NCBI GenBank assembly: GCA_965231105.1
Contig: OZ246417.1
Span: forward strand, 384,908-448,907
Source of the DNA: an uncultured Candidatus Saccharibacteria bacterium
GTDB lineage: Bacteria; Patescibacteriota; Saccharimonadia; Saccharimonadales; JACDBH01
DNA length: 64,000 nt
Direction of reading: 5' to 3'
Positions 27,050 through 34,665 of the stretch are shown piece by piece. The position numbers and the translations under genes were made by a program. Positions within the stretch are counted from its first letter, which is position 1. Every line of letters starts with the position of its first letter. The notes beneath the pieces were generated by a model. The model had not been told where the DNA came from. It ran no database searches and saw only the letters and a program-made list of their open reading frames with translations.

Positions 27050-27940
27050 TTATGCCTTTACGCTATTTTCACGAAGTCGTTTAATACGTTCTTCAATTGG
27101 TGGATGGGTACTAAATAGGTGGGCAATGGAACCGCCACGAAGTGGGCTGGCAAAGAATAAGTGAGCAGTACTAGTGTTCTGGCGGCGGGTCGCTGAACCA
27201 TGCGCACCTATTTTTTCGAGTGCGCTTGCGAGCCCCTCAGGATAGCGGGTGGCTAACGCGCCGGTTGCATCTGCCAAATATTCACGCTGGCGTGAGATGG
27301 CAAGCTGAATAAGTGTGGCAATAATAGGTGTTAGGATGGCCGCAACTATACCTAAGATAAATAAGATCTGTCCCGCCTTACTATCATCATCGTTATCCCT
27401 GCCACCAAACCAGCTCATTCGTAGAAGGATGTCTGCAATAAGTCCAATAGCCGCTACCATAGCGAAAGCCACAATATTAACCCGTACGTCATAGTTCTTT
27501 ACATGCCCTAGTTCATGCGCCATCACACCTTCAAGTTCGGAATCATCGAGAGCGTTTAACAATCCTGTGGTCGCGCAAACAGATGCGTGGCTTGGGTCTC
27601 TTCCGGCTGCGAAGGCATTCAGCCCAGGATCTTCCATAATATAGACCTTGGGCATGGGAAGTCCTTCGGTAATGGCAAGGTTCTCAACAATACGATACAG
27701 CCGTGGATCATCTCGCTTTTCAATCTGCTTTGCGCCATTAAGAGCTAATGCAAGACGTGAAGCACTGAAGTAACTAATTAAAGTATATATAGCGGCACCA
27801 ATTAGAACAGATATCGCGATACTTGGGCGGCCATCTCCGTACAGTATGCTTAAGAGCCAGCTCAATCCACCAATAATAAGCAGAAACAACGCCATAATAA
27901 TGACGGTGCGACGCTTATTAGCGGCAATGGCACTATACAT
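27050..27940 (-). CDS. htpX: zinc metalloprotease HtpX
   Basis: M48 HEXXH motif (MAHELGHVKNYD) and a 4-TM layout. Confidence 0.9.
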   Translation of the reverse strand: MYSAIAANKRRTVIIMALFLLIIGGLSWLLSILYGDGRPSIAISVLIGAAIYTLISYFSASRLALALNGAKQIEKRDDPRLYRIVENLAITEGLPMPKVYIMEDPGLNAFAAGRDPSHASVCATTGLLNALDDSELEGVMAHELGHVKNYDVRVNIVAFAMVAAIGLIADILLRMSWFGGRDNDDDSKAGQILFILGIVAAILTPIIATLIQLAISRQREYLADATGALATRYPEGLASALEKIGAHGSATRRQNTSTAHLFFASPLRGGSIAHLFSTHPPIEERIKRLRENSVKA

Positions 27941-27953
27941 TCTGATTTATCCT

Positions 27954-28520
27954 CTAAAACTTAACTTCAACGGGCTTTTCAACGTCTTCACGTTCGCCGT
28001 CTGCAACATCAAAGAATTCACGATCGCTATTAAAACCGAGCATACCTGCAAAGATATTGGTAGGAAATACTTTGCGCTTGGTGTTAAAGTCGCGGACAAC
28101 ACCGTTATAGAAGCGGCGAGCAGCTTGAATCTTATCTTCAGTATCAACTAGTTCTGCCTGTAATTCCTTAAAGTTTTCATTAGCTTTAAGGTCTGGATAG
28201 GCTTCTGCAACTGCAAAAATACTCTTAAGAGCCGTCTGGAACTGGTTTTCAGCTTCAGCGGTTTCTGCAGGAGTTTTCGCGTTCACGATAGAAGCACGTG
28301 CATTGGTAACTTTTTCAAAGACATCTTTTTCGTGTGCAGCATATCCCTTCACCGTGTTAAGAAGGTTCGGGATAAGATCGAGGCGGCGCTTCATCTGAAC
28401 CGTAATATCGCTCCATGCTTCATCGGCACGGATATTCAATTTAATGAGGCCGTTGTACATAGCAGCAAGAATTGCTCCTATAAGCACCACGACGCCGATG
28501 ATAATAATCAAAGCAGTCAT
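27954..28520 (-). CDS. lemA: LemA family protein
   Basis: 188 aa with an N-terminal TM. LDLIPNLLNTVKGYAAHEKDVFEKVTNARA and RRFYNGVVRDFN are typical of LemA. The pairing with htpX is common. Confidence 0.88.
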   Translation of the reverse strand: MTALIIIIGVVVLIGAILAAMYNGLIKLNIRADEAWSDITVQMKRRLDLIPNLLNTVKGYAAHEKDVFEKVTNARASIVNAKTPAETAEAENQFQTALKSIFAVAEAYPDLKANENFKELQAELVDTEDKIQAARRFYNGVVRDFNTKRKVFPTNIFAGMLGFNSDREFFDVADGEREDVEKPVEVKF

Positions 28521-28570
28521 TGTTTCGTTTCCACTCCGTTAGTTAGTACTTAAATTATAGCACTTTAGAA

Positions 28571-28598
28571 GAAAAAAGACCTCTTTTCAGAAGGTCTT
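28571..28598 (-). terminator. rho-independent terminator of the tRNA-Cys/HNH/tRNA-Leu unit
   Basis: The minus strand reads AGACCT-TCTGAAAAG-AGGTCT followed by TTTTTT, 8 nt after the tRNA-Leu CCA. Confidence 0.7.
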
Positions 28599-28605
28599 CT
28601 ATATC

Positions 28606-28690
28606 TGGTGCGAGAGGCGGGACTTGAACCCGCACGCCTTGTGGGCACAGCATTTTAAGTGCTGCGTGTATACCATTCCACCACTCTCGC
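28606..28690 (-). tRNA. tRNA-Leu (anticodon UAA)
   Basis: Class II tRNA: acceptor GCGAGAG/CTCTCGC, anticodon arm CAGCA-CTTAAAA-TGCTG, long variable arm, T-loop TTCAAGT, encoded CCA. Confidence 0.9.
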
Positions 28691-29167
28691 ATGGCCTGCC
28701 TTTTTATTTTTACCACGATGTGTAGGTTGTAGGCTATGACAATTTGGGCAAAGTATCCTTAAATTTTCAAGTCGGTTATCTTGCCGATTGCCATTTATAT
28801 GATCAAGCTCTACCGGTATTCTGCCATCCAGAGACCTTTGCTCCCAGCCACATAACTCACATTGCGGTCGCTTGATGCCTGTTTTAAATAGTCTGGCCTT
28901 TAGCTTATAGCTCTGAATATTGCTATTTTCTACAAGTAGAGTTTCTAGCGGAGCTTCAATTTTTGGTTTGAATGTTAGTCCAACATTCCAGCCCATACCT
29001 GTAAAGTGTGCTGTAGATAAGTTCAGCTCACTAATCTGACGCTTTACTTGCTCATAGTTACCGCCCGCAGGAACCAAGCCTAACTCAATTAAGACACCCC
29101 TGACACTGCGACCATTTTTTACTGCCACTATGAGTTGTTCTTTTGACCAGCTACGATTTTTTGGCAT
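28655..29167 (-). CDS. HNH endonuclease (free-standing, homing-type) embedded between two tRNA genes
   Basis: 170 aa with HNH core ELDHINGNRQDNRLENLRILCPNCH plus the Cys pair CELCGW. The last 12 codons are encoded by the 5' half of tRNA-Leu, and the stop TAA is the tRNA anticodon triplet. Confidence 0.8.
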   Translation of the reverse strand: MPKNRSWSKEQLIVAVKNGRSVRGVLIELGLVPAGGNYEQVKRQISELNLSTAHFTGMGWNVGLTFKPKIEAPLETLLVENSNIQSYKLKARLFKTGIKRPQCELCGWEQRSLDGRIPVELDHINGNRQDNRLENLRILCPNCHSLQPTHRGKNKKAGHARVVEWYTRST

Positions 29168-29213
29168 ACACGTAATTTAGCACATCTATCACGTTTACCA
29201 AGACGGATTATAC

Positions 29214-29287
29214 TGGAGGCACCTACGGGTAACGCTCCCGTCTACGAGGTTTTGCAGACCTCTGCCTAACTTCTCGGCCAAGGCGCC
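29214..29287 (-). tRNA. tRNA-Cys (anticodon GCA) with non-canonical T-loop
   Basis: Acceptor GGCGCCT/AGGTGCC, anticodon arm GAGGT-CTGCAAA-ACCTC, discriminator U, encoded CCA. The T-loop is AGCGTTA instead of TTCRANN, and the D-loop lacks GG. Confidence 0.6.
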
Positions 29288-29303
29288 TTAAAATACATCG
29301 GTT

Positions 29304-29332
29304 ATTATAGCGGGTCTATCTGATATCACCAA
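29304..29332 (-). promoter_or_regulatory. sigma70-like promoter of the tRNA-Cys/HNH/tRNA-Leu unit
   Basis: The minus strand reads TTGGTG-17 nt-TATAAT, 16 nt upstream of the tRNA-Cys 5' end. Confidence 0.5.
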
Positions 29333-29374
29333 TGGGTTAGACACGGACAATATATTGCTTTTTTATTAAGCTTA

Positions 29375-29383
29375 TGCTATAAT
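29375..29383 (+). promoter_or_regulatory. extended -10 promoter (TGcTATAAT)
   Basis: TGCTATAAT ends 9 nt before ATG 29393. There is no SD, so the leader would be 2-3 nt. Confidence 0.5.
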
Positions 29384-29392
29384 TGCCCACTT

Positions 29393-30376
29393 ATGAAAAC
29401 ACGTGCAGTTATTGCTGGAACAGTTTTCGGCCTTGCGGCTTTAGCGCCTGCAGTTGCTGAAGCTGGCCCAAACGGTGTGTATACATGTACCGATATTAAT
29501 GGCGGTACCATTGATGCAGCCGATGGCCTTCCTATTAAAGAAATGCAGATAGAGCTTGGTTTGTATGCTGATGGTGTTTTTGGTCCCCAGACCTGCAAGG
29601 CAGTAACGAACGAGCTTACCGAACAAGGAATGTTAAGCGGTAAGGGCGGAACGGTAAAGATTGGTCCTAGGGCTGTACAGGCCGTACTTGGCAGCAAGCC
29701 TGCTGAGATTCCTACTTCTACAATACCGAGCACCACAACTGCTAATACCACTCCTTCACCAAACGCCTGCCCTACAAATGTAACCAGTTCGGGTGAAATT
29801 AGTGTAGCCTGCCGTAATGAAGCAGTGAATAAACTTCGTGCCGGTGGGTTTGTAGACGAAAGTCTTGCCCGTGCCGTAAAAGCCTTCCAAATTGAAGCTG
29901 GTGTTTCCGGAAATGGCCAAGCTGGTTTTGGTGTCTTAGGTCCTAAGACTTATTCAAGCATTATGAGCGGTAGCGGCTTTAATACTATTAATGCCACTGC
30001 TGAATTACAAAACGGTATCTTTATCGACCTTTCAGACCAGACACTGAAGATGTATAAGAACGGCTCGTTAGTTGTTGGCGCCTTAGTTTCTACCGGTAAA
30101 GATGGCATGGAAACTCGCACAGGATCAAAGAAAATTCAGCGTACTCGTACCGATGAAGACGGTTGGGTAACCTCAGACCTTCAGGCCGCTGGTACTGATC
30201 CTGCTATGTATAAGCCATACTATTTTGACGGCGGGCAAGCTATCCACGGCACCCGTGTTGAATCAAAGCTTGGCACACCTGCAAGCTCAGGTTGTGCGCG
30301 CACAGACAATCTCGTGCAAGATACCCTCATTGCCAAAGGCATGAAGGTGGGCATGAAAGTTATCGTTCAGGAATAG
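29393..30376 (+). CDS. L,D-transpeptidase with two PG-binding repeats
   Basis: 327 aa with signal peptide MKTRAVIAGTVFGLAALAPAVAEA. PG_binding_1-like repeats: LGLYADGVFGPQTCKAV and FQIEAGVSGNGQAGFGVLGPKTYSSI. YkuD catalytic motif IHGT...SSGCART. Confidence 0.88.
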   Translation: MKTRAVIAGTVFGLAALAPAVAEAGPNGVYTCTDINGGTIDAADGLPIKEMQIELGLYADGVFGPQTCKAVTNELTEQGMLSGKGGTVKIGPRAVQAVLGSKPAEIPTSTIPSTTTANTTPSPNACPTNVTSSGEISVACRNEAVNKLRAGGFVDESLARAVKAFQIEAGVSGNGQAGFGVLGPKTYSSIMSGSGFNTINATAELQNGIFIDLSDQTLKMYKNGSLVVGALVSTGKDGMETRTGSKKIQRTRTDEDGWVTSDLQAAGTDPAMYKPYYFDGGQAIHGTRVESKLGTPASSGCARTDNLVQDTLIAKGMKVGMKVIVQE

Positions 30377-30389
30377 TCCTTCTTAAAAA

Positions 30390-30420
30390 TAAAAATCCCA
30401 CTGTAATAGTGGGTTTAATT
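30390..30420. terminator. bidirectional hairpin terminator (ldt on + strand, tRNA-Phe on - strand)
   Basis: CCCAC-TGTAATA-GTGGG. On the minus strand it is followed by ATTTTTATTTTT directly after the tRNA-Phe CCA. Confidence 0.6.
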
Positions 30421-30496
30421 TGGTGGCTCCTCCCAGACTCGAACTGGGGACACAAGGCTCTTCAGGCCTCTGCTCTACCAACTGAGCTAAAGAGCC
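30421..30496 (-). tRNA. tRNA-Phe (anticodon GAA)
   Basis: Acceptor GGCTCTT/AGGAGCC, D-loop AGTTGGTA, anticodon arm GAGGC-CTGAAGA-GCCTT, T-loop TTCGAGT, encoded CCA. Confidence 0.9.
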
Positions 30497-30664
30497 GCAT
30501 CAGATGTGGTAACGCAAGGTACTATAACAGATATAACAGAGGTTTTTCAAGCCGCTTACAACGCTATGCTACAATAAATTCAAACAAACATAAGCGGGTA
30601 GGAGCACCATGCCATATAAAAGGTATGATGTTCCTACTCTTTTCTTTTGGGATGTGTCTTTACC

Positions 30665-30693
30665 TTGCGCAAAAACCCCGAATTCGCTATACT
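30665..30693 (+). promoter_or_regulatory. sigma70-like promoter of tRNA-Gly
   Basis: TTGCGC-17 nt-TATACT, 13 nt upstream of the tRNA 5' end. Confidence 0.55.
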
Positions 30694-30706
30694 CTTCCTC
30701 TGTTAT

Positions 30707-30783
30707 GCGGGTTTAGCTCAGTTGTTTAGAGCGCTTCCTTGCCAAGGAAGAGGTCGAGAGTTAGAGTCTCTTAACCCGCACCA
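30707..30783 (+). tRNA. tRNA-Gly (anticodon GCC)
   Basis: Acceptor GCGGGTT/AACCCGC, anticodon arm CTTCC-TTGCCAA-GGAAG, encoded CCA. D-loop AGTTGTTTA and T-loop TTAGAGT imply U19:A56 instead of G19:C56. Confidence 0.85.
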
Positions 30784-30796
30784 ATTTGACACCCAG

Positions 30797-30826
30797 AAAA
30801 GCTCCCTTGATGGGGAGTTTTTTTAT
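30797..30826 (+). terminator. rho-independent terminator after tRNA-Gly
   Basis: GCTCCC-TTGAT-GGGGAG followed by TTTTTTT. Confidence 0.7.
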
Positions 30827-30995
30827 TTATTGGTCGGATCAACAGTTTCAACCTACGTCCGGTGAGATAGGCCTCAGGACACAAGAAGCATGGTTTCCTT
30901 GATTGAACTGACGGTTATAACCTACAGGGCTAGACATATGCGGGAGGCTCAAAACCTCCTAGAACTCCGATGGGGAGATGGATTCCTCTAGACGC

Positions 30996-31024
30996 TTGAC
31001 TTGGTGAGAGTTACGCTTCATAAC
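30996..31024 (+). promoter_or_regulatory. sigma70-like promoter, leaderless geometry (helicase gene)
   Basis: TTGACT-17 nt-CATAAC. The hexamer ends 7 nt before ATG 31032 and there is no SD. Confidence 0.45.
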
Positions 31025-31031
31025 TTATTGC

Positions 31032-33731
31032 ATGGCAACAGTTGGTCAACAGATACAAGAAGCTAACAAGGCAATATGCGAAAACATAGAGAGCTTAAAA
31101 GATAATCGTCCTCTGTTATCTAAGAATATACTGTCACAAGCTAGAAATCTGGTTGAAGGCGTTGCGGTGCTCGTGCATACAGGCGACATCAACCGTGAAT
31201 TTGACTATCCTGCAACTGGACCGGCGATTGCTCACGCAGGATCGGGTAACAAAAATATTAATTTTCTAAGCCGCTTTCATGATCTGATATTAGAAAGTGC
31301 ATCACACTATACATTAAATGGCGATATGTCTGAGCGACTAATGCTGAAGTACTACGAGTACCTCCTCCGTATACGTGATTTACTACTGAAATCTTACAAT
31401 ATTAAATCACTCTCGAATCTCGAGGACTTCCCTGTAGATATTGACCCTGCATTGCGCGAATATCATGAAAAAATATCAAAACAGATACAAGCATTTAGAT
31501 TAAGTCCTAGCGAAGGTTCGCGCAGCAGATACTACATACATAATGTAAAGCCATTCTTTGTGCAGGGACGAATATATTATGAAGTAACCTTTCACAATGC
31601 AAGTGATAGAACGGCAAAGTTTGATCGTTTCATTGCCTTTACGGATATAGATATCACTGGCAAATATGCTGCATATCTATCTCTTAAGCGAGATGCAATT
31701 GATGTTATTGGCCACAATATGCCAATAATCTTAATAACTGATTGGGCTGTATCTATTCGACCATGTGAGTTTAATAATTTCGCTAAACTTTTTGGGGATG
31801 AGATTAAGGTCGAGTCCTCACAGGCAGAGTACCGTGCTCTGATGTCTCACTTAACTCAAACGTCTTCGAGCCTGCTAGACATTATGAAGCTTGATGACTC
31901 TGCATTTATGAACCTACAAAATACTGTTTTGGAGAAAGCTAGAACAGCTCCAAAAATATTTCCAGTACTAGATAAAGCTAGGAAACTTATAGCTAATAGT
32001 AGTGATGGTAGCAATGTCATTAGATATCTCTTACTGCGAATGAATAATGTGAATTTGAAAGACCAATATCATCCTGCAGAGTGCAGTCTTTTATCGAATC
32101 TTTGCTTAAACAATGGCTGCAAACCATTTGATTCTATGCCCTTTTGCACATCTCCCAAAAGGCATAATCCAAGAATTAGTGATCTATTTCAAAGTTTGGA
32201 TGCTGAGTCACGAACACACGAACTGCTGGCTCGTAAAATCAAAACGAACGTTCAACAAGAAAGCAGGCTGTATACACCTTTAGAAGAATTAGATAGCTTC
32301 GAAGAGGTAGATACATTAATAGCTCGGTACAACAGCGCTCTTTGGCGAGGGCACCGTTATCGACGAAGCATTGCGAAAGACAAAGGACACCTTTTTATAC
32401 GCGAGTATGAAGAGGACACGTATGCAATTATCAGAGAACTACAGCAGCATGCGACCAATGGATTAGACGGCTATGAAACTGCAGTTGATCGCTGGACTCA
32501 AGAAACCGCATTACAATTGGATGATCCTACGAAAGTCGAAGCTTTGAAATTACTCTTTATCAAATCACAGGTAGCCTTGATTTACGGCGCGGCAGGCACG
32601 GGGAAAACGAGAATGATCGAATACGTCGCTGATATGTTTTCAGACAAGAACATACTTTTCCTCGCTCATACTAATCCAGCAATAAACAATCTAGTACGAA
32701 GAGTTAAAGTACAGAATGGAACATTTAAAACAATTGCTAGCCACAATTACTCAGGCGATAGCACTGAATATGACATATTGGTCGTTGATGAGTGTAGCAT
32801 CGTGAGCAATGCAGATTTCCTAGCTGTACTTCAAAATACAAAGTTCAAACTACTGCTGTTAGTTGGTGACGTTTATCAGCTCGAGCCAATAGAATTTGGT
32901 AACTGGTTTGCACTCGTGCCGTCTTTTCTGCCAAATACTTCAATATTTGAGCTGACAGAGCCTTATAGGACAAAAAATCCTAATCTGCTTAAATTGTGGA
33001 ATTCGGTTCGTAAACTTGAAAACAACATTGCTGAAGTAATTGCCCAAAATGGCTATTCAGCAAAATTGGATGAGTCATTATTTACGGCACAACAAGAAGA
33101 TGAAATCATTCTCTGCCTGAACTATGACGGGTTATATGGAATAAATAATATCAATCGCTTTTTACAGAGTGCAAACCCTAATAAAGCAGTTACGTGGGGT
33201 GTTGCAACCTATAAAATAGGTGATCCAATACTCTTTAATGACAGCGACCGATTTCGTCCGGTAATTTATAACAATCTCAAAGGTGTCATCGTTGATATAC
33301 AAAAATCCCCAGATTCCATACAATTTGATGTTCAGTTGGACCGAACGGTGACAGAGCTGGACACTTATGGAACTGAGCTGAAATTAGTAGGCGATTCTAT
33401 CGTGCAGTTCACGGTTTATAGGCGTGTCAGCTCAGATGATGACGATGAAACCTCAAATACCATTATTCCCTTTCAAGTAGCTTACGCTGTATCAATTCAT
33501 AAAGCGCAAGGCCTAGAATATGATTCAGTCAAAATTGTCATTACAGATGCGAATGAAGATGATATCACGCACAGTATTTTTTATACCGCGATTACTAGAG
33601 CCCGCAACAGCCTTGTCATCCATTGGTCGCCAGAAGTGCAAAATGCAATTATCGAGAAAATGGACAGACCTAATAGCAAAAAGGATGCTGGGCTGATTGC
33701 CGCCAGGCGCAATTTGAGACTAGTACAATAG
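31032..33731 (+). CDS. SF1 (RecD/Dna2-like) helicase/AAA ATPase with ~510-aa orphan N-terminal region
   Basis: 899 aa. Walker A LIYGAAGTGKTRMI, Walker B ILVVDECSIV, LLLVGDVYQLEPI, UvrD_C-like YAVSIHKAQGLEYDSVKIV and YTAITRARNSLVI. Residues 1-510 match nothing I recognise. Codons are visibly AT-rich. Confidence 0.8.
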   Translation: MATVGQQIQEANKAICENIESLKDNRPLLSKNILSQARNLVEGVAVLVHTGDINREFDYPATGPAIAHAGSGNKNINFLSRFHDLILESASHYTLNGDMSERLMLKYYEYLLRIRDLLLKSYNIKSLSNLEDFPVDIDPALREYHEKISKQIQAFRLSPSEGSRSRYYIHNVKPFFVQGRIYYEVTFHNASDRTAKFDRFIAFTDIDITGKYAAYLSLKRDAIDVIGHNMPIILITDWAVSIRPCEFNNFAKLFGDEIKVESSQAEYRALMSHLTQTSSSLLDIMKLDDSAFMNLQNTVLEKARTAPKIFPVLDKARKLIANSSDGSNVIRYLLLRMNNVNLKDQYHPAECSLLSNLCLNNGCKPFDSMPFCTSPKRHNPRISDLFQSLDAESRTHELLARKIKTNVQQESRLYTPLEELDSFEEVDTLIARYNSALWRGHRYRRSIAKDKGHLFIREYEEDTYAIIRELQQHATNGLDGYETAVDRWTQETALQLDDPTKVEALKLLFIKSQVALIYGAAGTGKTRMIEYVADMFSDKNILFLAHTNPAINNLVRRVKVQNGTFKTIASHNYSGDSTEYDILVVDECSIVSNADFLAVLQNTKFKLLLLVGDVYQLEPIEFGNWFALVPSFLPNTSIFELTEPYRTKNPNLLKLWNSVRKLENNIAEVIAQNGYSAKLDESLFTAQQEDEIILCLNYDGLYGINNINRFLQSANPNKAVTWGVATYKIGDPILFNDSDRFRPVIYNNLKGVIVDIQKSPDSIQFDVQLDRTVTELDTYGTELKLVGDSIVQFTVYRRVSSDDDDETSNTIIPFQVAYAVSIHKAQGLEYDSVKIVITDANEDDITHSIFYTAITRARNSLVIHWSPEVQNAIIEKMDRPNSKKDAGLIAARRNLRLVQ

Positions 33732-33827
33732 CCCTGATTAAACTGTATTTGGTACAGATTTTTGCAAGAGAATAGTTATAACCTCAGCAATAATGCTGTA
33801 CCAATTGAACACATACTCAGCTCTGTT

Positions 33828-33854
33828 ACACACCGTGAAAATCGGTGTTTTTTC
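33828..33854 (+). terminator. rho-independent terminator downstream of the helicase gene
   Basis: ACACCG-TGAAAAT-CGGTGT followed by TTTTTT. A weaker hairpin CTGTA..TACAG lies at 33743-33757. Confidence 0.7.
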
Positions 33855-33893
33855 AACCCATAAGGGAACTAAACGATTTGCTACAATGTAGCA

Positions 33894-34073
33894 ATGACGG
33901 CGAAAAAAGTTACTTTATTTATACTTCTTATAATCTCTTTTGGTATTTCGAGGTTTGTGTTCTTTCTCATTGATGACCCCGAAGGGCCAAACCTACTTAT
34001 AGTCACAACACTAGCAATGTTTATATTCTTGCCAACATCTTTTATTTACCTAAAAACCTCAAAGACTAAGTAA
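33894..34073 (+). CDS. 59-aa two-TM micro-protein (below the ORF-track cutoff)
   Basis: My translation: MTAKKVTLFILLIISFGISRFVFFLIDDPEGPNLLIVTTLAMFIFLPTSFIYLKTSKTK. It is followed by a terminator. Confidence 0.35.
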   Translation: MTAKKVTLFILLIISFGISRFVFFLIDDPEGPNLLIVTTLAMFIFLPTSFIYLKTSKTK

Positions 34074-34101
34074 ATAAATCGGCAGATACCTGGCACCGGA
34101 T

Positions 34102-34136
34102 AGGAATACCGAACGCTTCGGCGTCCTTTTTGTTTT
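34102..34136 (+). terminator. rho-independent terminator
   Basis: AGGAATACCGAA-CGC-TTCGGCGTCCT hairpin followed by TTTTTGTTTT. Confidence 0.6.
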
Positions 34137-34187
34137 AGCTTAAGTGCTAAAATTATAAAGAGCACAACTTAAAAAGGAGTATATAAG

Positions 34188-34568
34188 ATGGCTAAATACG
34201 TTGATGGATTTGTTCTTGTAGTACCGAAAGGCAAAGAAGCTGAGTATGAAGAAATGGCAAAACAAGGCCGAGACTCCTGGATGAAACATGGTGCTCTTCA
34301 ATACTTTGAGTGCAGAGGCGATGATCTTAAGCAGCAGGAAATGGGCGACATGAAATCACGGGCATTTGCCGAAATGGCCGGTGCATCAGCCGATGACAAT
34401 GTCTGGTTTTCTTTTATCGTCTTTGAATCTAAAGAACATCGTGATGAAGTAAATAAAAAAGTAATGGAAGAAATGGGCGAAGAGTATAAGGATCAAACGG
34501 ATTTTGAAATGCCTAATGACATGACAAAGATGGCATACGGAGGATTCACAGTCGCAGCCGAAGGTTAA
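34188..34568 (+). CDS. DUF1428 (YbaA-like) protein
   Basis: 126 aa. MAKYVDGFVLVVPKGKEAEY...YFECRGDDL...AYGGF is colinear with E. coli YbaA-type proteins. An AGGAG SD is present. Confidence 0.8.
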   Translation: MAKYVDGFVLVVPKGKEAEYEEMAKQGRDSWMKHGALQYFECRGDDLKQQEMGDMKSRAFAEMAGASADDNVWFSFIVFESKEHRDEVNKKVMEEMGEEYKDQTDFEMPNDMTKMAYGGFTVAAEG

Positions 34569-34656
34569 GGTCTTACTGATTAAGACAATCCAAGATAGGT
34601 TACATTTTCGAAAGAATACTGCTCCCTGGGAACAAAAAAGGAATTAATACTCTTTT

Positions 34657-34665
34657 TGTTATAGT
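34657..34665 (+). promoter_or_regulatory. extended -10 promoter (TGtTATAGT), leaderless geometry
   Basis: TGTTATAGT ends 6 nt before the second in-frame ATG (34672, MKHTNTW...). Confidence 0.45.

Noticed and set aside
30292-30865. ORFs 30292-30729 and 30647-30865
   Set aside because: They overlap tRNA-Phe, tRNA-Gly and their promoters and terminators. There are no start signals, so they are not coding.
30784-31031. Structured small RNA or attachment site in the 250 nt after tRNA-Gly
   Set aside because: Apart from the terminator, one short hairpin (GGGAGG..CCTCCT) and one arm of the 13/14-nt repeat reported above, I could not define a convincing conserved structure. I also found no copy of the tRNA 3' end.
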